From positions 33,382 through 97,381 of the forward strand of contig JBLWGC010000102.1 of assembly GCA_048772705.1 (NCBI GenBank): a stretch of 64,000 nt of DNA. Direction: 5' to 3'. How positions within the stretch are numbered: the first letter of the stretch is position 1; the number at the start of each line of letters is the position of its first letter. Origin of the DNA: Leidyana gryllorum EB-2025a (lineage: Eukaryota; Protista; Apicomplexa). The notes below the pieces were generated by a model. The model saw only the letters and a list, made by a program, of their open reading frames with translations. It was not told the origin of the DNA and did not search any database. The translations under genes were made by a program, and so were the position numbers. This document shows, piece by piece, positions 21,382 to 31,700 of the stretch.

Positions 21382-22059
21382 TCAGTAGAGGGTAGAAGCA
21401 TTGGCGGCGTCCCAAGGCTGGGCCGCAAGCTGTTGCTCTAGTTCCTGCAGCAACAAAGTATCAAGAGAGGGAGGTTGCGGAGGCGCTGCACTATTAACGA
21501 GGTACTCCTCTAGTGCGGCAATCAACAACGAGACTTGGACATCCTCGGAGTAGGCATCACTGTTTGTCGGTGAGGAGTCGGCATCCTCGGAACCTGCACC
21601 ACCCAGACCGTAACTACTGCTGGTGTCGGTCTGATAATCTCGGGGTGTCTGGGGCTGCACAACCGGATTGACCTGAGGTCGAAGCTCAGCAAGACCGTGA
21701 GCGTGACGGCATGCCGCTCCAGCGTAACAATCTCCCCGAACCCAGTACCGGCAAATGGTGACCTTGTAAAAGTCCTCAGTCGAACGCAACTCGCGACGAC
21801 CATGAGCCCACTTGCAGTGCTGGTCCGTGCACTTGCCCTTAATATAGTTCGTGCAGAGTTTCGTCTTCTTCAGGTCAGGCGGATCGCGCAGTTCCGCCTG
21901 ACTATGAGCGTAATTGCACATATCCCCGCGGGGACAACGTCGGTGCGGACCGAAAAGAGACGGACACAACTTTGTCTTGAAGTGCTGACCGATTGTGGGT
22001 TGACGGGCCACTGGCACGCTGCCTCGCTGCGTGCGTAGGGCTTGCGGCAACACACTCAT
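21382..22059 (-). CDS. Triple CCCH zinc-finger RNA-binding protein (ZFP36/TTP-like)
   Basis: FKTKLC..C..CNYAH, KKTKLC..C..CKWAH, YKVTIC..C..CRHAH. Confidence 0.93.
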   Translation of the reverse strand: MSVLPQALRTQRGSVPVARQPTIGQHFKTKLCPSLFGPHRRCPRGDMCNYAHSQAELRDPPDLKKTKLCTNYIKGKCTDQHCKWAHGRRELRSTEDFYKVTICRYWVRGDCYAGAACRHAHGLAELRPQVNPVVQPQTPRDYQTDTSSSYGLGGAGSEDADSSPTNSDAYSEDVQVSLLIAALEEYLVNSAAPPQPPSLDTLLLQELEQQLAAQPWDAANASTLY

Positions 22060-22174
22060 CGTACAGATGGGCTCGCTTGCGATATTCCTTCACAAAAAAA
22101 ATGATCGTTTATCAATAAACCATAGCCCGCACCCGTGTTTGTGATCGCACCGGCCGGCCGGAAATCCCCCCCTA

Positions 22175-22721
22175 ATGACACAGCACGGGGTGGCCTCGGT
22201 CTCAACCATACCGACCTCTCCCTCATCTACCGTATCACCGCCTTTGTGCTCTTCTTGTGCCGCAAAAAAGCCTTATCATCACAAACTACTGCCCGACACC
22301 TCTTGTAGTAGCACCGAACTAGGAGGCGCCAACGCTGAGGACTCCCAGTTCGTTCCGTCAGACGCCATTCTCATTAACACTGGTCGAGACGGCTCCGATG
22401 TGCAGAACGAAGAACTGCCACCCTGGCTCGCTGGATTAGGTGAGATATGCACCCCAACGGGTTTTCCAACCTTTTTCAGAGCTGGGCCTCACCTTCGTCG
22501 TAGTGGTCAGCCTCTGGGGAACCATAGTAAGTTAATCGCACACGTGTGCTCGAGATTCCTGTCGCAAGGATGTTTGTGCCGAGCTACTCAGCTTTGACAT
22601 ATTGGCACTGGAGATCGCCGCGTACGGTGGCTTCGTTCTCCTGTCATTGATAGTGCTCTACGCGTGCAATCAGTGCTTGCGAACCAAAATGTCACTGAGT
22701 AATGCTCTGAGCAGAATCTGA
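22175..22721 (+). CDS. Hypothetical protein with two C-terminal TM segments, 3 exons
   Basis: Introns at ~22440-22479 and ~22527-22568 give LELGLTFVVVVSLWGTIDVCAE..IAAYGGFVLLSLIVLYAC..SRI*. Confidence 0.55.
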
Positions 22722-22930
22722 AGGCTGGTGCCTTCGCTATCGCGAACGCGGTCTGACGTCGTCGCGAAGACCGATACATATTCTCAATGGAATGCTTATT
22801 CTTAATTGCTTGATTTGTTACACCGCGGGCAAGGCTGCTGAAGACGCGAAGACGCACATTGTATAACTGAACCCGAAAATCGCCAATCGATGGAGACCGG
22901 GGTACTGCCAAGTTTCAGATCTATGCTTGC

Positions 22931-25900
22931 CTAATCGTCCTTCCACACTATGGTGTTCCGATGGAGCCTTCGTGCCAGAGCAGCTGAGTCATGTACCAGG
23001 TGTATCGCAGCAGCATTATGAGCCGCACTAAAGCGTAGCTGCTCCAGGTCAAGTCCCAGCATAAAGGAACCTGGAGGAAGATCGTCCAAATATTCTCCAA
23101 TCATAGCAGCAGCCTCCTTTTCTGACTCTGCAGCCATATATGCCGCGCGAGATGTGGGTTTGAAGAGTCCTTCAGATGCAGCGGATGTTTGTGATACCGC
23201 GATCAAGGGATCAATGCCCCAAAGACCTTGGGTTGCACCCACTAACGGTCTGTCGTTAACCTTTTTGGACCAACGCACTCTAGCCTGAATCTGAGTATAC
23301 ATTCTGAAGCTTGTTTTGGCCATCAGCAACGCAAGGCCCAATCTTCCTTGAGGGACATCGTTGAGCTTTTTGTACCCCATGGGCAGCTGTAGGTGCGCTT
23401 CTATGCCCGCTGGAGGATACTGAGACAGTGCCCACTTGAGCAAGATGGCTACAACCGAGGGTGTGCGGAATCTGCTGGTGAGTAAAAGGTCACATTGTGC
23501 CTCCATCATCGCCAGCAGGGTTTCGCTTTTCGCTTTGCCTTTGTCAATGAGGTCAAGCGCCTCTTGATATCCCGTTATCGCCAAATGCTGGAGCGCGAGT
23601 TGATGATATGCGCGGCTTTGGTTATACTTTCTCTCCGCTTCGAAATATCTCCGGATCATCTGAATATAGTCGCTGACAATGGCATTGAGACAGGAAGCCA
23701 GCGAGTCGGCTAGCCATTCCTTGGTGACCAGTCCGTCTTCGGGGGCTTGGAACCCTTCTTTTAGAAGGGCTGCTTGCACTTGATCGAGGAAAGATTTGCC
23801 GTGATCGAGTTGCCCGCTTCGTATGATACGCCGAGCCTTCTCAATACTCCACTGTTGCAGACGAGAGACCAGAAGTCGTCGATTCTCTTTTCTTAAGCGT
23901 TCGTGTCGTTTTAGGAGAGCGAAGCCCCGCAGTACAACTTGATGGCGATCTTGTACCCCTCGGGAGGTGCTGAACCCCAGTGAGCAAGTGGTCAAGCACA
24001 AGCTCGCGACACTATTGCTTGGCTTCATATGCACTGCTCGAATATACTCAGCCACTGCATACGGCCATCTCATACTGAGAAGGCAGTAATGTGCAGCCAT
24101 CATTGTGAGGCCGAAGGAATGAGGGAATTCCATTAGATGTCTGGTGCACCAAGCTCGGTTGAAGCTGATAATGTCACGCTCGGGGGACGCTGAGATACTT
24201 TTGACGGCGTGATGGGCGAAGGTCTCGGTGAAGAGGAGAGACGCATATATACTGAGGCATTCACCGAATAGTGATTCGTCGGCGGATGTCAATTGTTGCG
24301 ATGCTGACCGTTTGAGTAGAATTCGAATGACAGGAAGAAGGAATTTGAGCCGAACTCGACTCAATGCTATTCTCATGAGCTCTCCGTCAAGGCTGAGTTT
24401 CAAACTCAAGCGACTCATCCGATTCTTGAAGGAAGCTCGCCCCTTAGCGTAGTCTCCACTGACTTGCGCCCGACTGAATCGCAGGGACATGAGACTGGAC
24501 TCTATGAGCTCGACAGCAAGTCTGCCCATTTTCTCCTGTGCTAACATTCGAGCCCCGTGCTCCATAAGATATGTATAGTCTGACCAGCCAATCTCATCTT
24601 CGAGACTGGACAACTCGAGATCTGATCGCAACTTGCTGTGGTAGGATACAGTGTGTGCGTAGCCCTTCTCGACTCGGATCCTCCTTCGTCGTATTTCAGT
24701 CTTCATATCTTTGGGTCGCAATTTCATGACAAACTTTTGCTCGACTTGGCGGTCGACTGCCTCGAGATCGTCGTCCTCGCCACCAAAATCAGTGTCTGAT
24801 TTGGCTGCGGCCAAAGTCGCTTCGCGAACTTTCTTGGCATCATCGCTTAATATAGTGTCAAAATCCTTAAAGCTGTCTTCGACCAGTCCCTGCTCCTTGG
24901 CCAGGTGACGAGAAACCTGCTGAGCCCTCATTTTGCTCGAAGCTGACAATATGCGGCGCATGTCGAAGGTCGTATCGCGAACCAGAAGTACAAACTCGCT
25001 GATCCATGTGCAACGCCAGAGTCTATGGAAGTAGCGGAGAACTCTTCCGCACGCCTCGTCTCCACATCGTGAACAGATGTGGGTGCCTCCACCATCTCTG
25101 AAGGTGGGAGGCTGTTCTTTGAGCGCTCGAAGCATTGAGAGATAGTCCAACGGAGCCGTTGAGTCACACCCGGCGTAATAGAGAGCTCGAAGCATTGGAG
25201 GCAGCAGAGCCATCACTGTCTGTGCGTCCACAGTGGGTCGGGGTAAAGCATCTAATCCAGATTTACGGATCCAATCCTCGGCAATACTCAAACACTCCAA
25301 CTCCTCCGCGGCACGCGCCAACAGTCGTAAGCTCACACTCAACCGCGTGATCAGAGTCCGTCGGACTTCTTGCGGTATAGCTGGAGGGATAGGGGCTAAG
25401 TTGCTGCCCACCTCGAGTTGATGGATTCGATGGTCGAGAGTGACAGCTGTTACACTGTCATTGAAGTCTGTCAATATGTCTCGTCGTCGTCCAGACAATG
25501 TGTTTGGCGCTGCGTTGCCCTCCGTCTGCTCTTCAAGATGAGCCAAAACCTCGAACAACAAAAGTCTCGCCTCGAGATCGCGGACACGTTCCTCGACATT
25601 GGGGGTGGTATGGCGTCCGCGAGGTATCACCGATTCCAGGAAGAGTGCTGCCTGTTCGAAATCCTTGAGCTGTATATGACACTTGGCCACGCGTAGCCAA
25701 AAGTCGCTATTTTGATGGGCGGACATCGACTTCTCAATTGTTTTGTAACACGTCAAAGCGCGTGCGGGGTCGCCAGCCTCCAGATATGCGTCGGCCAAGA
25801 CCACAAAGAGTTTGTTAGAGGGGGGATTCTTGGGCGTAGACGAGGACGAGGGGTCCCCAGTTGTCAAGCGACCCCAAACACAGTCGATGAACTCGTCTCT

Positions 25901-27295
25901 GATGCCATCGAGTCCTTCGATGTCTTTGATGGTGAGAGATGGCTCCTGAGTTGCGTTCAGGGCGGCGGCTCGTTCGGATCGGATCATTTCATCAGCACCC
26001 GACCGGGCAATGGTTGCTAAAGGCTGTCCCGTTGCGAGTCTTCTCAATCTGATCATACACGCTGCCAGGCGCACTGCGGTACCGATCGGAAGATCAGATG
26101 ACGGATTGGCACACGTGAATCTTGCGAACTGGCAGCCCACTCTCTCAGCTTCCGCCCACATACTCTGCTCCATACAAACTCCCATGAGGAGTTCCAATAC
26201 GTTCCAATCGACCGATATAGGCTTATCCGGGAGCAGTCGGAAGAACTCATTGTCTTTCAAGTGGTGGAACAAGCTAAGCCTCTCCTGTCGGGGGAGGCAT
26301 GCGGCCGCTCCCACTTGGAGCATCTCGAGCGCTTGGTGGAATCTGTGTAATTGGTAGAGAGCTTTGGCAGTCTCAGTGATAATATGGCCGTCTCCCGGAT
26401 AGTGATATAAGATTTTGGTAAAGTATCGGGCCGCTCGGTGAAAGTCTAACCGTCTATGAAAGATCTCAGCGAGTTTATAACAGACATCGGGATCGCACTC
26501 TTTGGGATTGCGGTTGAAGGGACAGACTCGGCGGTAACAGTACATTGCTGTGTCATCGTCCATCAGTTCGTAGGCAAAGTCCCCCACTTTTCGCCAGGCC
26601 TCCATGTCCGTCTTGACATAGAGAGCAGCCAAGAAGTACGAAACCAATGCCTTTGTCTTCTCTCCCGAACTCTCGTAGATATTGCCCAAAAGTTGAAGTG
26701 GGTCGTGAGCCCCGGGGCACATTGCTATGCACGCTTCCAGGGCTTTGACAGCTTCGGCTTCCCGGTCTTTTTGGCCCTCGGCAGATACATCCAAGTAGAG
26801 TTCCTGAGCTTTTTGGTACAAAGCCTTGGCCTCCTCGTTCATCACAGATGGCGTAGCGACGCTCCGCCTCTTCTGTTTGCCGATTTCCTTGAGAGGTTTG
26901 CTGAAGAGCGGCATCTTGCGGCGTCTTCGCCGTTTCTCCCTGCGTCGAGCCGTTCTCTTGTCAGGTTCTATACCGAAGAGTTCTTCCTCCAATTCTGTAT
27001 CACTGGCGTCAGTCTCCTCGTCATAACGAGGGAGAGCGAGCGCCGCCTGTGTCTGGGGTTGCGAGGGCAGACGATTGAGGGCGGTGACCTGTCTGAAGGC
27101 CCGATCATCGGTATCATCTTCGTCAGACTCTTGAAGGTCATTGGATGATACGTCCTCTGAACTCGATTCTTCTACCAAATCGCTTTCCACCCAGGACTCG
27201 TCAGATTGCTCTACAACGAACTCGTTTTCCGATAAAGGCTCATTCTCAGCCCTGAGCCACTCAGCGTTCGGGGCCCGCCTTCTCTTGCGGTCCAT
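22931..27295 (-). CDS. GTF3C3: RNA polymerase III transcription factor TFIIIC TPR subunit (Tfc4/GTF3C3-like)
   Basis: Acidic N-terminus; TPRs (DPLQLLGNIYESSGEKTKALVSYFLAA..AWRKV); C-terminal KYNQSRAYHQLALQHLAITGYQEAL and SAAHNAAAIH..LARRL. Intronless, 1454 aa. Confidence 0.85.
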   Translation of the reverse strand: MDRKRRRAPNAEWLRAENEPLSENEFVVEQSDESWVESDLVEESSSEDVSSNDLQESDEDDTDDRAFRQVTALNRLPSQPQTQAALALPRYDEETDASDTELEEELFGIEPDKRTARRREKRRRRRKMPLFSKPLKEIGKQKRRSVATPSVMNEEAKALYQKAQELYLDVSAEGQKDREAEAVKALEACIAMCPGAHDPLQLLGNIYESSGEKTKALVSYFLAALYVKTDMEAWRKVGDFAYELMDDDTAMYCYRRVCPFNRNPKECDPDVCYKLAEIFHRRLDFHRAARYFTKILYHYPGDGHIITETAKALYQLHRFHQALEMLQVGAAACLPRQERLSLFHHLKDNEFFRLLPDKPISVDWNVLELLMGVCMEQSMWAEAERVGCQFARFTCANPSSDLPIGTAVRLAACMIRLRRLATGQPLATIARSGADEMIRSERAAALNATQEPSLTIKDIEGLDGIRDEFIDCVWGRLTTGDPSSSSTPKNPPSNKLFVVLADAYLEAGDPARALTCYKTIEKSMSAHQNSDFWLRVAKCHIQLKDFEQAALFLESVIPRGRHTTPNVEERVRDLEARLLLFEVLAHLEEQTEGNAAPNTLSGRRRDILTDFNDSVTAVTLDHRIHQLEVGSNLAPIPPAIPQEVRRTLITRLSVSLRLLARAAEELECLSIAEDWIRKSGLDALPRPTVDAQTVMALLPPMLRALYYAGCDSTAPLDYLSMLRALKEQPPTFRDGGGTHICSRCGDEACGRVLRYFHRLWRCTWISEFVLLVRDTTFDMRRILSASSKMRAQQVSRHLAKEQGLVEDSFKDFDTILSDDAKKVREATLAAAKSDTDFGGEDDDLEAVDRQVEQKFVMKLRPKDMKTEIRRRRIRVEKGYAHTVSYHSKLRSDLELSSLEDEIGWSDYTYLMEHGARMLAQEKMGRLAVELIESSLMSLRFSRAQVSGDYAKGRASFKNRMSRLSLKLSLDGELMRIALSRVRLKFLLPVIRILLKRSASQQLTSADESLFGECLSIYASLLFTETFAHHAVKSISASPERDIISFNRAWCTRHLMEFPHSFGLTMMAAHYCLLSMRWPYAVAEYIRAVHMKPSNSVASLCLTTCSLGFSTSRGVQDRHQVVLRGFALLKRHERLRKENRRLLVSRLQQWSIEKARRIIRSGQLDHGKSFLDQVQAALLKEGFQAPEDGLVTKEWLADSLASCLNAIVSDYIQMIRRYFEAERKYNQSRAYHQLALQHLAITGYQEALDLIDKGKAKSETLLAMMEAQCDLLLTSRFRTPSVVAILLKWALSQYPPAGIEAHLQLPMGYKKLNDVPQGRLGLALLMAKTSFRMYTQIQARVRWSKKVNDRPLVGATQGLWGIDPLIAVSQTSAASEGLFKPTSRAAYMAAESEKEAAAMIGEYLDDLPPGSFMLGLDLEQLRFSAAHNAAAIHLVHDSAALARRLHRNTIVWKDD

Positions 27296-27326
27296 TTTTC
27301 TTTTCAGCAGGCAGGCAAAAAAGAGA

Positions 27327-28673
27327 TCAGCACTTCTGTGAAGTTACATGGTGGTCGTGCAATTGAGGGGCCCTGGCGGTACCTCCCACCTCTTGGAGGT
27401 GCTGACAGGCTTCGATAATGGTGTCATAGAGCTCTGTGATGACATTGGAATTGAGATGCGGCCGGACAACAACTCTCAGACAGGCCACCGACTCGGCATG
27501 GGGTGGCATGGTATAAGCCGAGATGATCCAGCCTCGGAGGCGAACACGCTCCGATATGTCAAAAACGGTGTAGCGATCACTCTTCAACAGGGCAACAGCC
27601 ACAACTGGGATTCGGATTTGATCTCCGAGGCTTCTGAATAAACCCGACGTCACCAGTCGATCTCTGAGCTGTTTTGCATTCTTCAGTGCTGCGGACATTA
27701 TGTCTCGGTACCCATTGAAGCCGAGTCGGATAAAGTTGTAATATTGATAGGCTACCTGAAAGGAATTCCGGCTGAAATTGAGGGTAGCGGTCAATTCCTC
27801 TCCACCGAGATAGTTCACATAGAAGGCCAATTCCTCGGGGAAGCAGTCCCTACTTCGCCACACAATCCATCCCAAACCAGGGGGCACCAGTCCGAATTTG
27901 TGTCCAGATGCATTGATACTCAGAACACGTGGCAAACGGAAGTCCCATTCAACAGATGGGTGCACGAACGGGTTCACAAATCCACCACTCGCACCATCGA
28001 TATGCATAGGTACATACACACCAGTGCGTTCTTCGAACATATCCAGCCAGTCATGAATGCCCACAATGTCGTCATCTTCTCCCGTCAATGTTTGTCCTGC
28101 TATAGCAACCACACCGATCGTATTCTCATCTACCAATCCACGCAAGTTGTCGGGACCCAATGCAAAGGAGGTTGAGGACACAGGAGCATATCTTGGTTCC
28201 ACCTCGAAGAAACAGCAAAACTTCTTCCATACAACCTGGACACTGGCACCCATCACCAGATTAGGCCTACTCGTGTCCCGCTTCTCCTTGAGGGCTGTTT
28301 GTCTCCACTTCCGCTTCAAGGCCAGCCCTCCCAACATACACGCCTCTGAACTACCAACTGTTGCGGCACCGAATATCGCAACACCCCTCGGACCGTTCCA
28401 CAGCCGGTGGATCCACTTGATGCATTGCCGCTCCATACGCAAAATCTGTGGGTACATGTCATGGTCAACATAGTTCTTCAGCAAGTGTTCCTTAGCCAGT
28501 TTCAAAGCTGGTGAGTCTAGAAAGGTTGTCACAAATGATGAAAGGTTCTGAGCCGGCCGGGCATCCCCCCAGCTCTCAGCCTGTACGATTGCGTATGCAA
28601 CATCCCCTGGCACACCCTCTGCAGGCAGTTGATGCTCATCAAGTCCTTCGTTGTAGGCGATTGCAGAGAACAT
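27327..28673 (-). CDS. GAD: Glutamate decarboxylase (PLP-dependent group II), bacterial-like; exact 5' end uncertain
   Basis: NLSSFVTT, NYVDHDMYPQ, TVGSSEACMLGGLALK, HIDGASGGF, PLP-lysine motif SINASGHKFGL, NYLGG..TLNFSR, GWIISAYTMP, LRVVVR. Confidence 0.95.
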   Translation of the reverse strand: MFSAIAYNEGLDEHQLPAEGVPGDVAYAIVQAESWGDARPAQNLSSFVTTFLDSPALKLAKEHLLKNYVDHDMYPQILRMERQCIKWIHRLWNGPRGVAIFGAATVGSSEACMLGGLALKRKWRQTALKEKRDTSRPNLVMGASVQVVWKKFCCFFEVEPRYAPVSSTSFALGPDNLRGLVDENTIGVVAIAGQTLTGEDDDIVGIHDWLDMFEERTGVYVPMHIDGASGGFVNPFVHPSVEWDFRLPRVLSINASGHKFGLVPPGLGWIVWRSRDCFPEELAFYVNYLGGEELTATLNFSRNSFQVAYQYYNFIRLGFNGYRDIMSAALKNAKQLRDRLVTSGLFRSLGDQIRIPVVAVALLKSDRYTVFDISERVRLRGWIISAYTMPPHAESVACLRVVVRPHLNSNVITELYDTIIEACQHLQEVGGTARAPQLHDHHVTSQKC

Positions 28674-28769
28674 TGCATGCACCCAAGGGCTCAGCGGAAC
28701 CAACCGTCAATGGGAAACCTGGGGCATGCATTGGAAGCCGGTATCCACCAAGAAAATCACATACGGAGA

Positions 28770-31700
28770 TCAAATCGAGTAGGCACCACTCTTTGACATT
28801 TCTATGGGATCCGGCGGGGCATTCGGTGATGACGGAGAGTAACATAAATACGGTAGTTCATCGATAAGCTCATAGACCAGTCGTGTTCGCCCAACTGTCC
28901 GACCATCAGATTTGCAAATAACCGTCACCACCCGTTGCTTCGACTTTGTCGATGGCAGATTCTTCCCACGGAACGCTGCAAAACCCTACTCACCAAAATG
29001 AAATACCACGTACCGTTCAAGTACTCCTCCCCCATATATCGTCCCGATATAATCCCAGTAACCGGGTCAAAGTGCAGACCTGAACGACGACTAAAGTTCG
29101 GTCGACATTGCCACACCAATCTTGATCGATCAGACAATCCAGCAACCGTCGGAACCAAAGTGATGTCAACCCCAACTCGCACTTGCAAACTCGGTGTGCT
29201 GGTTTCCCGTGTGTCTTTCAAGAATCGTGACGGGATGTTGTAACTGATCTGTAAACTCAGCAATAATGCAGCTTATCAGTCGAATACTTAACCCCGCACT
29301 CACCACACCAACACCCATATTCTCGGTGAGCAGCTTCTGCTGCCGAATCCGCTCCTGCTTGTCACTGTGCGCCTTAATGATTTGGTCCATAGCCTCTTGC
29401 TCTTGCAACCTCTTGTCCAGGCCTTCACCCAGAATCAACTCGATACGCTTTCGCATTCCCACTGCCACCTCCTTCTCGTCTTGACGAGCGGAACTCTGCA
29501 AGGTGTAAGCGCCCACAATAGCCAACAGCGACTGCATGGCGTTACTACTGGCATCTGTACCTCCAGCCTGTGTGACCGACCGGATACATGAAAGACAGCA
29601 CACGTTTGTGCCTTACCGCGAACGCTGCGTGTGCGAGACCAATAAACATGAAGAGCGCAAGCAGCATTCCGATCGCTCGAAAGATCGCTCGCATTTTGTC
29701 GTCCGTCCCGACTCCTACGGCTTGAATAATCAAAGGCGGGATAAAGTTCGAAAACAGCACTTCGAAGCCTGTGAGCAACTCGGCCAGATCGAGGGTTTTG
29801 TCTTGGTTGATGTCCATGAGGGCAAACATTTGGCGAATCATGCCCTTTGGCACCTTCAACCTCATCTTACTGATAGACTCTTCCAGAATTGAGAAGGACA
29901 TGCCTTCCACACTCAAACTAGTAAGGATCTTTGCCACATCACTGTGCCGAATCAGTCCGAATCGATTACGCCGGCCTGCAGCTGTCTTGGTGGCTTGCTC
30001 CAACTGGTCCCGCGAGGGTTCCATCTGCAGCGCGAACGCGACCAGGGCTCTCAGTCCCTCTGGCCACAGCCCAGTGAAGAGTATTCTGCACGCAGATCAA
30101 ATCTATCAGTTGCGCGCAGCTGACTCACTTTGGCAGTTGCTTGAAGACTGTGCTCGCTTTCACATAGATGCCTTGATATGGGTCCAGTCCTAGTCGACCC
30201 TGGCCGAGTCTTAGCCATGCTTCATTGACGTGAAGGCCGGCTGGTATATAGTCTTTGATGTTGAGAGGATCTTTGCGGAAACTGGACCAAATCTTGCGAA
30301 TGTACTGTTGGAGTTGGTCGGTGTCTGGGAGAGAGCGCATCGTCGCTCACCTTTGGCTTAATGGTGATTTCCAGCTCTCCGAGTACCCCAGTGAATGTGT
30401 TGATGTCGAGCCATCCGGTATAGTAGCTGGTCTCAAGGTGGACCTGATCCCAAGGATTCTTCCTGCCATCGGCGAGACGGGGCTGAAGAATCATGCTGGT
30501 GAAGGCTTCGACACACACCACTATGGGCAACTTGTCAGCGACTCTGCCATCACAAATGTCAGTGCACATCAGCACCCAAAGGAAGTCAGTGTGTTCTCGG
30601 GAGATGGAAAGCTGTAGTCTGCAAAGTACGCGATGAAAGGTCTCCAGAGTGCAAACTTCAACACGTTCCGGTGCTTTGTAACTCGCACTGAAGCGGGGCT
30701 GAGGGTCGAGATCAACAACTCGTGGAAAGAGCTCGTGATAACGGACTTCATTGGCGAGTTGGATAAGCTGCGACTTGGAAATGAATCCCAAAACATTGCT
30801 TTCCACCACCCTGAAACAAGAGAGAAGTTGACCCTTATGTCTCCCCTCCTCGGCAGCTCACCGATTGAAGACGGCGATCAATCCTGGCGATCGTTGAGCA
30901 GCATTCCAATACCAGGTGAAGTCGGTCTCTGCCTCCCAATCATTGTGACTCCGCTCGATGGCCAGCACAGGGGACACCTCACTGAGCCCCAGGAAACGGC
31001 ACGCGTCTTCACATGTCCGAGCGCCTCCGAAGTGATCGGTATAATCAATCCACAGGTGGCGTAGGGCCACCACGGTTCCCACAAAGTTGACCTTATTCTC
31101 CGTCAGAAGCAGCACAGCCTCGTCGGCGAGAGATCGATGGAGGAAGCCAGTGCTGGCGGAGAGGTCGTTGAAGATCTGTCTGATAACCGTAGCATTCCGC
31201 TCCTCAACCGTTCCGGACCGGCCGAGAGTGTAGGCGGTCGGGAACAATTCTGTTTGAGTCCGGTATCCTTGGACCAATAGGAGGAGGTGGAATGCCGGTA
31301 AACAGAGGTGATCTGTGAGAATCTCGATGACGACGTCAAAGACCGATCCAGCCTCGAAGGCTTCGACGCTCTCATAATGTTTGTCTATGATACCGTCGAT
31401 AAAATTGGTCAGTTCCGATGAAGAAGGGATGATGGCATCGTACTCCAGGGTGGTGCCTTCGGTCGTCTGCAGTGTCAATGTGCGACGCATTCCTATCTCA
31501 ACCTCATCGAGGCAGCCGAGACTGCAGAGTACCTCTACGACCAGGAAGGTCTGTTAATGAAATTGGTGTCTCGTCCACCATATTGTGTGTGCAGACTCAC
31601 CCGGATCGGCCAATGCATATTCTCGGGCATTTTGGCCAACTCTATGATGCAAGCGGCCCTTACAATGCCCGAAACCTTAAGGTACGCTAATCGTTCCAGT

